A stretch of 64,000 bases of DNA, from positions 35,216,001 to 35,280,000 of the forward strand of contig OZ365112.1 of NCBI GenBank assembly GCA_977030845.1. Direction: 5' to 3'. Below are positions 1-12,740 of the stretch, one piece after another (position 1 is the stretch's first letter; every line of letters begins with the position of its first letter). Source of the DNA: Fimbriosthenelais zetlandica (taxonomy: Eukaryota). The notes beneath the pieces are model-generated. The model did no database searches. It was not told the DNA's origin and saw only the letters and a program-made list of their open reading frames with translations. The position numbers and the translations under genes are program-made.

Positions 1-668
1 CACCCCACCCAAAGGATTCTTATTTACCAAGTGTAATCAATTTCTAACATTTTTTATTTGGGAAGAAATGGCATTTAAGAGATTTCATACCCCTGACCTA
101 ATTACACATAACTAATTAGGTCAAACGTCAAATATGTAGGTCAATTCATAGTCCATCATGTATCTTTACACTACATACCATTCATCTTATTCTAGATCTT
201 CATGGGTCAAAAAAAAATTACAATCAAATTTTACCAATACATCATTGTGACGTCATGTGATGACGTATGACATCCATTCATCACATGTGACCACTTCTTA
301 CTATGGTCTACATTATGTGTGAAATCCAGATTCCTAGCTCTAATCTAAACCCGTTTTTCATCATTTGTCTAACTACAACATTAAAAAAAAAAAAAAATAA
401 AAAAAAAATAATAGTGTAGAACAACGAGCACAAAATCTACAACCCCATTTTCCCCATAAAGGGGAAATGGGATTAATTTGCTATAGCTGCCTCTCCTGCT
501 TCTTTCAGGCCAATGATCAGGTCATGGTGGCGGGAAATGCGAGTAGATCTGTGCTTTCCTCGCAAATCTGTCTATTTCCCTGTAAAAAATACAAAGGGGG
601 CTCTGAAAACATTTTTGTTTCAACACATCCGAGATTACATGAGGAGGTAGGCTATATATTGAATGATG

Positions 669-1598
669 CAGGCCCGTAGCCAGGGGGGGGGGGGGGGGTC
701 CTTTTTACTGATATAATGGTAATATCTGAACATGCCAGAATTCAGTATCAAATTTAATTGTCTAATTTTTAGGGCCCAGTCTCCTATGCAGGACTGGGTA
801 GGAAACCCCTGGTTAACATGATAAGAAAGCAATTATGATGTCCGATGGACCTTGGATGACGGACCTTGGCCCGTGGGAGGGTCCCTGGCCCGTGGGATGG
901 ACCCTGGCCCGTGGGATGGACCCTGGCCCGTGGGAGGGTCCCTGGCCCGTGGGATGGACCCTGGCCCGTGGGATGGACCCTGGCCCGTGGGAGGGACCTT
1001 GAGCCGTGGGAGGGATTTTGGGTTGTGGGGAGGGACCTTGGGCCGTGGGAGGAACCTTGGCCCGTGGGAGGGACCTTGGCCCGTGGGAGGGACCTTGGGA
1101 GGAAGCTTGGCCTGTGGGAGGGACCTTGAGCCGTGGGAGGGACCTTGGCCCGTGGGAGGGACTTTGGGTTGTGGGGAGGAACCTTGGGCCGTGGGAGGAA
1201 CCTTGAGCCGTTGGATGGACCTTGGCCTGTGGGAGGGACCCCTGGTTAACATGATAACATGATGGGTTGTGGGGAGGGACCTTGGGCTGTGGGAGGGACC
1301 TTGGGTTGTGGGGAGGGACCTTGGGTTGTGGGGAGGGACCTTGGGCTGTGGGAGGGACCTTGGGTTGTGGGGAGGGACCTTGGGCTGTGGGAGCGACCTT
1401 GGGTTGTGGGGAGGGACCTTGTGTTGTGGGGAGGGACCTTGGGTTGTGGGGAGGGACCTTGGGCCGTGGGAGGGACCTTGGGCCGTGGGAGGGACCTTGG
1501 GCCGTGGGAGGGACCTTGGGTTGTGGGGAGGGACCTTGGCCCGTGGGAGGGACCTTGGGCTCTGGCAGGGAACATGCCGTCCACTGGCTACGGTCCTG
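669..1598. mobile_element. Non-autonomous DNA transposon (MITE, possibly hAT-like) carrying a minisatellite
   Basis: 15-bp terminal inverted repeats, 1 mismatch: CAGGCCCGTAGCCAG (669-683) and CTGGCTACGGTCCTG (1584-1598). Flanks GAATGATG / TCATGGTG match at only 5 of 8 positions as a putative 8-bp TSD. Confidence 0.5.
846..1562. repeat. GC-rich minisatellite, ~19-20 bp unit (GGAGGGACCTTGGGCCGTG-like)
   Basis: Unit is directly visible in dozens of copies; it produces repetitive ORFs in several frames on both strands. Confidence 0.95.
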
Positions 1599-2775
1599 TC
1601 ATGGTGCAGCTACAGCTCACCTCCAAATATGCCCCCCCCTGACAAATATTTATTGGAGTGACATGCACTTAAACAGAGAAAATTCGTTCATTATTTTGTG
1701 ACAATACAAGGAAAAAAATTTCCCGAAAAATAAGAATCTGGAAATTTTTTCTGGAGAACAGTAGCATTCACTATAAAAATCAAATTCATTTTTCATTGCA
1801 GATAAGCGCTTTAAACACACAATTATGCTTGCCTTAGCTTTTCCTTATATAGCCTCTAAAATAAATTAAAAAAAGTATTAATTTAAATTTCAGACGTGTT
1901 GTGTAGGCCTATTGCCTGCCCCCCCCCCCCCCCCCCCCACCCACCCAGTAACGAGTGTGTATGTGTCCGTCCCACAGTGGATGAGACCAACATGTTAGCT
2001 TAGCTTGGAGTAGTAGATACTCTACATTTTTGCATTATGTTTTGGTATTATTTCCCAGCTTTATGTTTGTAGAATATTTATGGGGCATTATGACATGCTA
2101 GTGAGATTCAGTCATATATATACATCCAGTATTACTCAATTCTAAGTATTAGCTTATTGGTTTATTGTGTTATATCCCCCATTTTACAGTACTTTTGATT
2201 GTTGTATGTAATTGGACTTGATGAGAATTATATTCATTATTTTATTCATTAACTCATTTAATGATCCTATTCACTCCACTCATAAGTGTGTAGTTCATTT
2301 ACATGAGCAGCGCTAGTATCCTGCTCCGCACCCGGACAGGACTCCTCCTCCTCCTTCTCACTATACATGGCCATGTAAAGTGAACAGTTTACCATTGAAA
2401 ACCCCATACTTTGCTTTAGCTGGTATCCCCACTAACATGCCCAAGTATATGGCTTATACAGGAAAACCACTGTATGAGGGGTAAAAAGAGGTAGAAAGCC
2501 CACATTCTGGGCAGGTTCGCCTCCATTCGATTCTTTGCCTTTTCACCGTGTTGAGCTATTGAGCTTTGACATTGTACCATTGTAATATGGAGGAATAACA
2601 CCACAAACCTACAACACTACAATTAGTCTTTGAGTTTTCTTGTACCAGAGTCACTCTCATACTGTGACACTGTGTTGAAGGTAGTGTAGCGGGGGTGTAT
2701 GTTGGGTTTATATTACACTGGACTATCTGTTGGGGAGTCAGATGGTATTTAGCGGTACCGACTGGATCGTCAACG

Positions 2776-3170
2776 ATACAAATCAACTTAAACAAATGGT
2801 TACGATTTCAGGCATTTATTGAAGGTTAATAGTATATTCGATGGACAACAACGAGGCTTATGCACGTACTTCTTAAGAGATGTTTCTTAGGAGTTCTTAG
2901 AGGGATGCTCTTCTTCCTTCACTCTCTCTACTTTATATTGCTCATAATGCCTTAAATTGTATTCCAAGGCTCCAAGGGGGGAATCTGGAGGGTAAATGAT
3001 TATGGAGAACAACGTGTTGGTGTAGGAAGATTTGGCCCGAGAGAGAGAGTTGACTTGGTGAGAGAGTGAGTGGATGGGAAGAGATCCCTCCCTTTTATAT
3101 CAGGCTGAGCACAAGTCTCGCCATTTCCCCCTCGCTAACGAGGGAGAAATTGGAGGCAATTTCCCCCGCC
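2776..3170 (-). mobile_element. LTR-like fragment on the minus strand
   Basis: Minus strand reads TATAAAAGGG, then CT-rich sequence, then AATAAA, ending in ...CGTAACCA. It abuts another LTR-like end (...ACGATACA) on the plus strand. Confidence 0.4.
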
Positions 3171-3430
3171 TTTTTTGCATGGCTCTGAAAATAGTGAGTG
3201 GGCACTAGGTGTTTGGAGGTAGACTCCAGCGTTTGGATCTACTCCAACACATTCACCGGCGCCCCGACTGAAAATTTTGTCAATCTTTTTGTAAAATTTC
3301 CCCAAAACTATATTTTTCGTTTGTTACTCATATACTTGTCTAAAATGTCTAAAGAAATGTCTAAATTTGAAATATATTTGCCCGGGTTCGGAGCCAGAAC
3401 CACCCATGGAAAATTCTCTGCAGAAGTTGC

Positions 3431-3890
3431 ACAAAACTAATAAATAATTGTGCTGGTATTGTCCGATGCACAGAAATTAATAAATAATTGTCCAGGTATC
3501 GTATGACGCACACAAAACTAATAAATAATTGTGCTGGTATTGTCCGATGCACAGAAATTAATAAATAATTGTCCAGGTATCGTATAATGCATACAAAACT
3601 AATAAATAATTGTGCTGGTATTGTCCGATGCACAGAAATTAATAAATAATTGTCCAGGTATCGTATGACGCACACAAACTAATAAATAATTGTCCTGGTA
3701 TTGTCCGATGCACAGAAATTAATACATAATTGTCCAGGTATCGTATGACGCACACAAAACTAATAAATAATTGTCCTGGTATTGTCCGATGCACAGAAAT
3801 TAATAAATAATTGTCCAGGTATCGTATGAAGATCACAAAACTAATAAATAATTGTGCTGGTATTGCACAAATATTAATAAATAATTGTCA
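3431..3890. repeat. Tandem repeat, ~81-bp unit made of two related ~40-bp halves, ~5.5 copies
   Basis: CTAATAAATAATTGTGCTGGTATTGTCCGATGCACAGAAATTAATAAATAATTGTCCAGGTATCGTATGACGCACACAAAA repeated head to tail. Confidence 0.95.
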
Positions 3891-4539
3891 GAGAACATTA
3901 CGATATAGTGTGAAGCACACAAACTAATGAAATCCGTATTAAGAGCAGTGTCCGAACTTTAAGTGTCACATCAATCTGTGGATAGGAAGTTTCCACACCG
4001 CGTTGTGGCTCATGGGGAGACAGATTTGAGAGAGGAGGAAGCCCGAGCTGGTTGTTGACTCATACCAGCCGTGCTTGGAGCAGTGGCAGTGGTGGTGAGT
4101 GATAGGGGCCTGCACATGCAGGTGGTGGTACAGTATCCTTGCGAGGCGGAGCCTGAAGGAGATGGGGCACATACTGAGGAGAGGAGGAGGTGGGTGGTTG
4201 GTCGTTGGGCCGAGCATCTGCAAAGGACGACCAACCCAGTTCATCCCAATCCTCGGTTTTGTGTGGGATCCTGTTAGTATGGTGGCCCTGGGAGGCAATT
4301 AGGTGGATAAGGACCTTGGAGGGATTGGTGGGAGACAGTTCATTGGCCATAGCACGGTCGATCGAGAGAGAGGCAGGCAATGGAATCGAGGTGATTATGG
4401 GCATGTAGTACCCCATTCCAGCGGATATGTAGGATAGATGACACTGGGTTGACTGAAATGTTGCATCGTTCCACCATATTGTAAGATGAACATCTGAGAT
4501 ATTCAGGGGGGGAAAGGTGTCTCATTCAGCTTGTACGTC

Positions 4540-4855
4540 CTAGTCAGTGTGATAGTAGAAACTCCCTTCTTCTGCCCCCTTGTATGGTCGTACGACAGGA
4601 CAGGCAATTGACTTGGATATTCCAATTTTTGAAGGGTCGCTGTGACCATTGATCTCTACCAAGGTCGTTGGGCCATAACACGAAAAATTCAAGGATACTG
4701 GCATGTGTTTCACTGGAATCTCCAAAGCTAGAAGGATACAAGTGGATACCATGGTCGACAGTCTTACACTGCAAAGGGTTCCTGAAAAAAGGAATACTCG
4801 GGACGGAAAGATAGGACTGTCCACCTATTTCTGACTAGTTTTGCAATAGGCCTAC
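4540..4855 (-). mobile_element. Retroelement fragment (possible env C-terminal region); inverted homolog of 17018-17500
   Basis: Its reverse complement aligns by eye with 17213-17500 (CTAGTCAGAAATAGGTGGACAGTCCTATC...). Both give the peptide DSPIFPSRVFLFS..VRLSTM.ST.ILLA.EIP.KHMP.SLNF. Confidence 0.55.
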
Positions 4856-5369
4856 ATTTCCCCCTAGAGGTGGCAGAATAATAATAACAAAACGTTGGAA
4901 AATTGGTTTCCTGACACCCCAATGACAGAAAGCAACTTCTGTTCCCACCTGGACCCCAGTAAACAATACAATATAGAAGACAACCTGTCATATAATACGG
5001 GTTGTGTACTAAGACGATGCACTGCTACTACCACTTTAATCCGATCATATATAGGAGTCAAAACCCAGTTGATCTCCAAATCAACAATATTTATTTTCTA
5101 CACTCCATTCACCGCATCCTCCTTTCACACACATCAACAAGAAATGCTTATACACACATAGATACAAGAATTCATACTATAGTAATATGGGGAAGTGCTT
5201 ACACTAGTGTACATGAAAATACCCCGATGTCATGTACAATGATTTGCCAATACAGAATGCTGTGTTAATTGATTATTACATACTGTGTATTCGTGGAAAC
5301 ATGTAGTAAGGTTGCACTACCCGACTGGCCCCTAAACCATTGTACTCAACTGTTTTCGATGGGTCGGCT

Positions 5370-6110
5370 AGACATGAACACATATATTCATCCAAACCTT
5401 CAAAACACCATCCGCCAGCCGTTTGAAGTAGTGGGGCCAATAATGCTCAACATAATCTACATACCAATGGCGGCAGAGGATGCCGAATAGACAAGACAGA
5501 TTAATGTAAAATTAATTGTTATATCATTTTCCATCAAAGGAAACATGTGTAGAATATGCCACCTTTACCTATGGACAACTGGGCCTCCTACCTAAGGGCC
5601 AAAAGTTAGAGGATGCCAAGATGAAAACTCTGCCTAATGATAGGGGTTATGCATATCAAGGTGAGCATGCGTTTGCTAGTAACTTTTACTCCGCATCATT
5701 GAACTACAATGGTCAAGAATTCAACAATGCTGAGCAGGCGTATCATGCTACCCATGCACTCCACTGTAACAAGCATCACATACATACATCCATCAAGAAT
5801 AACAGCAATCCACGCAGTGTGAAAGATCTGTCTCGATTCCTCCCTAGGGATAAGGCATGAGATAACAAGAAAATTGACGTCATGAGAGAAATCGTATACT
5901 GCAAATTTGCACAGAATCCACAACTAAAAGATCGCCTTCTAGCCACTGGACATGGACAGCTGATTGAAGCTACACTTGACGAGTATTGGGACGCTGGGTC
6001 CCTACTCCACCATCGGAAACCACTAGACAACAAATGGACTGGATCCAACATACACGGTCAAATCCTTGTTGAAGTAAGGGAAGTCTTACGTGGTGGGCAA
6101 ACATACAAAG
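5370..6110 (+). pseudogene. NADAR (YbiA/DUF1768) domain pseudogene with a LINE-ORF1-like N-terminal region
   Basis: Motifs SNFY...F.NAEQAY, MREIVYCKFAQNPQLKDRLLATGHGQLIEATLDEYWDAG, W.GSNIHGQILVEVRE. In-frame TGA at 5858-5860 where Trp is expected; upstream part is frameshifted. Confidence 0.8.
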
Positions 6111-8905
6111 AGTACACTGAATCCCGCAAATCTCAACTAATTTTCAGGAAGAATGAGAATAACAGTGGAACTCCACGTGGCCATGTTGACAAACACTCGA
6201 ACCACACTGCAAGCCACACCCCTGTCTCCACCAATAGGGAAAGTTGGAACCCCGACCCAAAGCAAGCCTCCCCTTAGGCCGAAAGCAGGCCCAAAGAGGA
6301 CGTCTACTTCACCCACTGACCACCCGATCATGAATGACAATGTTGATAGTATCAGGCAAACCAGAAGTGTAACATACCGAGATAAAGTCTCATCCTCACA
6401 GCCCGTAATGGGTAATCCTAGTAGTATTGATTCCGCTGATGAGTATCTGTAATTCTGTGAATAGTGGACTCAACCCAGAGAACTATTATCAGTGTAAGTC
6501 TGTGATCACAAGCGAATGGAACTGTACACTAGATCAGACACGCTGGTTGGTATGAATAAATTAGACGCTGTTAGAATATTTCAGTTTGCATTGTTTAGTG
6601 ACATTTGTTATATATTTAGAAACATAGTTATTATTAGAAGACTTGTCTTGGGCTGTTCCTACTCCAATGAATGATAGCACTAAAATTGAATTTCTAGGGG
6701 TCATTCCATGCCAGTTCAACAAATGGCCCACGCACTTAGTCTAAGATTTTCTTGATTCTCACATCAATTGTTCCTAGATATGTTACTAGAACAAATCCAT
6801 AATCTGAGCTTCCTGCTGCAAATATTTTTTGAGATATTGCAATTTAAGCAGATAAGGGTCAGGACAAAAATGGCAAGAGATTTGCCAGGTTTCATTTGGA
6901 AGCCAACTTTGTGCATCAATAGCTCAGTGAGTTTTTGAGATAGCTCCTTTAAATTTTCTGTGCTTGTTTGTATACTATTTAACTCTAGGAATATCATTAT
7001 ATCTACTTCTAAATAGTCTACTAGAAAATAGAGCACCCAGTTTAAGTTTGACCAAAAATTGGATTTCTTTGAAAAATAGACATGTTTGAGCCCAAGAAAA
7101 TTGCATTTAAATTGAACTTTGTACCTACCAAGTACTAGGCTTCTGTGAAACAGATCTCCTGAGATATACTCAGTCAAAGTTGGATCATATGCAAAAACGA
7201 CCATTTTTCATTTCCCTTAAACCCAATGTGGGCAAACTAGAAGAACCTTGAAAATGCTTTTAAATGAAAGATGGAGATATATACTTTACTTGCTGATAGT
7301 TTTGAACACTCTTCCAAACCGCCTTCTTGGTGAAATAATCAATTAAATAAACATGACCGTCATGTAGAGTTAGAGTTGGACGGCCATATTTTCGGGCTCT
7401 TTTCGATTTTATTGTTAAAGGTCATTATGAAACTAGAGCTCTTAATGCCCCAATGTTCAAACTCCCTATCCCCAGGAATGCTAAAACTCAAAGGTCATTT
7501 ATCTACAATATGGTTACAACTTGCCAATATCTCTGCGCTCAATCGCAGATAGAAAGAAGTTTAAAGAAAGAATTAAATCACTACTAGCTCAAAGCAGATT
7601 CCCCGATTAGATTTAAAATGACATTATGTATAACTGTTTGCCTGTTTGACCTTTTTTCCTCCATCTCTGAATCTGTCATGAAAGCTGGATTAATTCAAAC
7701 AAGAAGACAATCTAATAATATGTATAAATATGTGTATGAACATCCTGCCATATGGTATGGATTTTGAAAAAGGTAATGAAAAATAATTGGTGTGTACTTT
7801 TGTGTTTTTTCTGTATATAATTATTGTGTTTAATGTTTTTGTGTGTGTGTGTGAATTTTAACTGTTTATTCTTTTTTTTTAAACCTCGGAGGTGATTTGT
7901 AACCCACGTGAGCAGGAAGGGGAGGGAAGACCGGGCATGCCCGACTCCTCTTGCTACAATATGAACAATGTGTTGTATGTGTTGTACCTCCTGTGAAAAT
8001 ATAGATTAAATAAAAAAAAAAAAAAAAATCATAAGGAAGGACAATAGATAGAAAGAAGTTGCTACCCTGTACACGCCCATTCACCCAACCAGCTGATCCA
8101 TGCTCCCTTCTTCACGGTTCCACAACAAGACTCCAGTCTGCTAACGCCTGCTATCCTGGCTTTTATTCCTAAAAAGACCATGGAACGCACCACTGCCCTT
8201 CATCAAGAGCTTGGAGACCTGAGCCTACCTTCATGGCATTCATGTGTTACCACTATACGGCCATGAGAGGGAACAACTATGACCACTGTTCAGCAGGAAG
8301 GCGCGAAACTGCCCGCCAGGAAGAGTGGGATCGATGGAACAAGGAATGCATTGCAGAAGAGACAAGGAGACGGCAGGGATATCTGTTACGAACCAGAGCA
8401 CAGGATGACCATGAGCAGGAATTCAGAGCGACGTACAAATGACTTTATGGGCTGAACCTACAAACAACCAGATGGCAGAGGAATACTGCTCCTGGGCTGG
8501 AACCAATTCAGCACATGTAGGAGCAGTCAGCCGTTCTTCGGCCAGATAGACCTGGCCTGTCACCTCCACTGGTCAATGTCAACTGACACTGTGCCCATGA
8601 CAATTACAATAACAGTGATCTGCAATCCACTGCAGATTTCAGATCTTCCCCTCTACAAACAGTTCCATTGATGAGTGGTGGCACCAACGCCACCAACACC
8701 ACTCAATGGGTATCTGAGCGTGCCAGACAACACTCCATGGTGGGGTGCGGTGGCAGACCCACTGCCATGCCATCACCCAGATTGCAAGGGCCCACGCTGC
8801 ACCTCTTGGCATCGAGCCCTCCACAACATGTATATCCCCCCACCTCCGCCATCCCCCCCACACCACCCCAGGTCTGTACAAAATAATTGACAAGTAAATG
8901 AAAGA

Positions 8906-9900
8906 ATGGCTCATCCTTTTTCTCTTATTACAGACATGATGGCCAACTTTTTACTCATCCTGCTACCATCATTCCTTTGGGCAGGAATCGAGGTGATTCC
9001 GCGCCTCCAGTATGGGACAATGTTCATTGACAAAGGATTGCGGAGTACCACTGAAACGAATAATTTTAACCTGGCCTTACATATCCCCATTCCGGAGATA
9101 GATCTCTCTTTAATGAGGGCGCCAGACTACTGTCCCTCTGCCCAGTGGAGGAAGTATCCTGATACATGCCGACGTCTCTGACCCCTAATTAAATCCTATG
9201 TCGCTGACCGCATTACCACCATACAAAACATTATCATAACTAGAAAGGACACACTCAGCCTTATCCCACCATGGCCAAAAGCCAGGGAGACCAGATTCAT
9301 AATTCAAGGAATTAAATATTTATTAGGAATAGCTGACCGGGATGAACAGAGCTGAATCTCCTCTAGACTGGAACAAGTAGAAGCAAATATTGACAGCAAC
9401 ATAAAACACACAGAAGAAAGATCAAGACAGCTGGAGGCTTCCTGAAGTCGACACTACCAAGCTTAAGGAACTACCAAGGCGGAATTGTAAATAATAGTAA
9501 AGCTCTAAAAGAAGTCTATTCTTCATGGAGGACAATGCAGTCCAACTTCACCAATATGAACAACGCTATTACCTTAGTTACGTCCATCATAGCATGAGCG
9601 CAGAAGGATCTGTTTCTACTCTCCAACATACATCAAACATATTTAAAGCTTCAGTCAGGAGTTACTCAGTTGATACAGGGTAAACTTTCCTCGGACCTGA
9701 TATCACCACAGACACTCCAGACGGGTGTGGAAAAGGCCCAAAATATCCTACAAAAGAACTTTCCTGGCTTCGGGATTCAATTTCCCCACATCTCTTACCT
9801 GTACTCTGGCATTGATTGTTATTGAGACAAAAACTTAACAATACCTGTGTGAACAAACCTGAAAACAGGAGAGATTGTGACAACTGCAAGTCGGGTATTG
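8906..9900 (+). pseudogene. Gypsy env (F-like class I fusion protein), disrupted
   Basis: Signal peptide (MMANFLLILLPSFLWA), RLQYGTMF motif, and RETR followed by FIIQGIKYLLGIADRDE (cleavage site plus fusion-peptide-like segment, from 9284). Stops and frameshifts present. Confidence 0.7.
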
Positions 9901-10138
9901 GTCGGGGGTGGGGAGAGAAAAGAACAGGGGGGGACAGGCAGGGGGGTTGAGGTGGGGATGGCGTGGTGGGGGGGGGGGGGGAAGGGGGTGAAGTCTTTAG
10001 TAGGGTATGTGTGGAGGGTTAATGTGGGCATGTAACACTCGGGTTGGGGGGGGGGGGGCGGGGGGGCAGGGGTGGCCAGCGATGGGACCAAGGAGGCTGG
10101 GACAGCCAAGACGCGTCACTTGCTATCAAGACACCAAC

Positions 10139-10345
10139 ATGGCCGCTTATCACATTCTCCTGATTATCCCCAGCGGAACCCTGCCTGTGGAGATGGGCCC
10201 CCTCGGGCCGTTGACCCTGGGGTTCACCCGGTCCGCGAACAACGAAATCGTGGTGACGGAACGGGCCAACGCTGGGCCCCTGACCGCCAGTGTTCGCATT
10301 CCAACGCCATCCTGCCCACCGCTAACGCAGACGGCTCATACGTAA
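10139..10345 (+). CDS. Small accessory ORF (68 aa) downstream of env
   Basis: MAAYHILLIIPSGTLPVEMGPLGPLTLGFTR...; homologs at 12979, 30354-30584 and 31666-31800. Confidence 0.55.
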   Translation: MAAYHILLIIPSGTLPVEMGPLGPLTLGFTRSANNEIVVTERANAGPLTASVRIPTPSCPPLTQTAHT

Positions 10346-10676
10346 GTAATACGCTTTTTGCTAATACCACTCATTACACTTGTACTTTGTGATAGGCTTG
10401 TGGGGGCATGAGCCGGCAAGCGCCGGGGCAGTGGGTCGTACGGCGAGCCCCCGGGGGCAGGGGGGCCATGAATGGATAGTTAGTCCGATATAGTATCATA
10501 TTGCATGTCTTATTCTATTGATAGAAGGTCGCTTTATGATTGGGGGAGAAAGAAAGAATGTCCCATAGTTGTACATTTCATGTGGACGGAAATGTCCCTA
10601 TTCATGACTGTAGGGGGAGTAGAAAAATCGACATGGACGCATGATAGAAAGGAGAAAAGAAAAGGTCCAAGTTTCT

Positions 10677-10910
10677 TGCTATCCCAAGGTATAGATTAAG
10701 TGTGGCATGTATGTATAATGGTTTTAATCGTATGCTAGATTGACCGTGCTATTTGCGGTTGACCACAGGATTATATGTTTTTATTGGTGGGGGAGGCCAA
10801 GGGAGAGCAGGCGGCTAATTGGCCTCTCACCCCAAGCCTCACGCTGAGCGCCACGCGTGTGTGCGTGTGAGTGGCTCGTGGCAAGGGCTGGGTGGAAGAA
10901 CGATGTGGTG
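10677..10910 (+). mobile_element. LTR-like repeat starting TGCTATCCCAAGGTATAGATTAAGTG (also at 13517, 30858, 41529)
   Basis: Same sequence at four positions. The 41529 copy begins exactly at TG in an unrelated context; a purine-rich tract lies shortly upstream in the other copies. Confidence 0.6.
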
Positions 10911-11743
10911 AGTAGTTTATGGTTCAGAAGAATCATTCGTGCTTGGTGTGCATACATAAGTCTTCCTAATATATTTTGCAACTAAGGTGGTCACATAAAT
11001 GACGGAAACCCCTATCCTATTTTTCAGGATAACCAGGTGAACGATGGGCTGGAGACATTAGACCATTATCTAAATCCCTAATGATTACGGGTGCCTTATC
11101 TTTGTAAATCAAGCTTGAATAAATTACGTCGGCAAGTCTTACTTGTGTTATATCTCAATGTGTAATACAGTTCCTCCTTGTCTTTAGACTACATCTGTAA
11201 GACACGCCCCCTTCTTCCGATGCTCATATATCACGTCTACCATGCTCCCCCACGCATCACTATATAATAAAGCCCTTAAGCCACGCTAGGACACTTACCC
11301 ATATACTCACTAGAAACTAGACGTAGTGTTGTGTGTTCTCGCTTACATTATATTCAGCATAGTTATATCTACATAATCATCCAGCATAACCAAGATATAA
11401 CACTTGTAAGTTATGGCGACTAAGGTGGTCATATAAATGATGGAAACCCCTTCTTTTTCAGGATAATCAGGTGAACGATGGGCTGGAGACGTTAGACCAT
11501 TATTTAAACCTTTAATGAGAAAAGGTGCCTCATCTGTGTAAATTATGCTGAATAACCTCAAACTTAAAGATCCTTGTTATGAAATGTTCCTACCTGAGTT
11601 TCCCCTTCTCCATGTGCACAAGCACAAAATAACTGTATTGTTTGCCGCCTACAACGAGGCTGGAATTCTTCAATTGTTCCTAGTTACTTCAATCAACACA
11701 CCACCCCAGGTCTGTACAAAATAATTGACAAGTAAATGAAAGA

Positions 11744-12740
11744 ATGGCTCATCCTTTTTCTCTTATTACAGACATGATGGCCAACTTTTTACTCATCCTG
11801 CTACCATCATTCCTTTGGGCAGGAATCGAGGTGATTCCGCGCCTCCAGTATGGGACAATGTTCATTGACAAAGGATTGCGGAGTACCACTGAAACGAATA
11901 ATTTTAACCTGGCCTTACATATCCCCATTCCGGAGATAGATCTCTCTTTAATGAGGGCGCCAGACTACTGTCCCTCTGCCCAGTGGAGGAAGTATCCTGA
12001 TACATGCCGACGTCTCTGACCCCTAATTAAATCCTATGTCGCTGACCGCATTACCACCATACAAAACATTATCATAACTAGAAAGGACACACTCAGCCTT
12101 ATCCCACCATGGCCAAAAGCCAGGGAGACCAGATTCATAATTCAAGGAATTAAATATTTATTAGGAATAGCTGACCGGGATGAACAGAGCTGAATCTCCT
12201 CTAGACTGGAACAAGTAGAAGCAAATATTGACAGCAACATAAAACACACAGAAGAAAGATCAAGACAGCTGGAGGCTTCCTGAAGTCGACACTACCAAGC
12301 TTAAGGAACTACCAAGGCGGAATTGTAAATAATAGTAAAGCTCTAAAAGAAGTCTATTCTTCATGGAGGACAATGCAGTCCAACTTCACCAATATGAACA
12401 ACGCTATTACCTTAGTTACGTCCATCATAGCATGAGCGCAGAAGGATCTGTTTCTACTCTCCAACATACATCAAACATATTTAAAGCTTCAGTCAGGAGT
12501 TACTCAGTTGATACAGGGTAAACTTTCCTCGGACCTGATATCACCACAGACACTCCAGACGGGTGTGGAAAAGGCCCAAAATATCCTACAAAAGAACTTT
12601 CCTGGCTTCGGGATTCAATTTCCCCACATCTCTTACCTGTACTCTGGCATTGATTGTTATTGAGACAAAAACTTAACAATACCTGTGTGAACAAACCTGA
12701 AAACAGGAGAGATTGTGACAACTGCAAGTCGGGTATTGGT
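11744..12740 (+). pseudogene. Duplicate of the env pseudogene at 8906
   Basis: Part of the tandem duplication; identical translated ORFs in the track. Confidence 0.7.

Noticed and set aside
833-1701. Many long overlapping ORFs (Gly/Pro/Trp-rich)
   Set aside because: They arise from a stop-poor minisatellite and are open in several frames on both strands.
3431-3890. Regular ~40-bp repeats that might suggest a CRISPR array
   Set aside because: No unique spacers; both alternating halves repeat; eukaryotic context.
11196-11347. 152-bp segment bounded by TGTAAG...CTTACA, a possible solo LTR
   Set aside because: No target-site duplication (ACATC vs TTATA); only a 6-bp inverted match.
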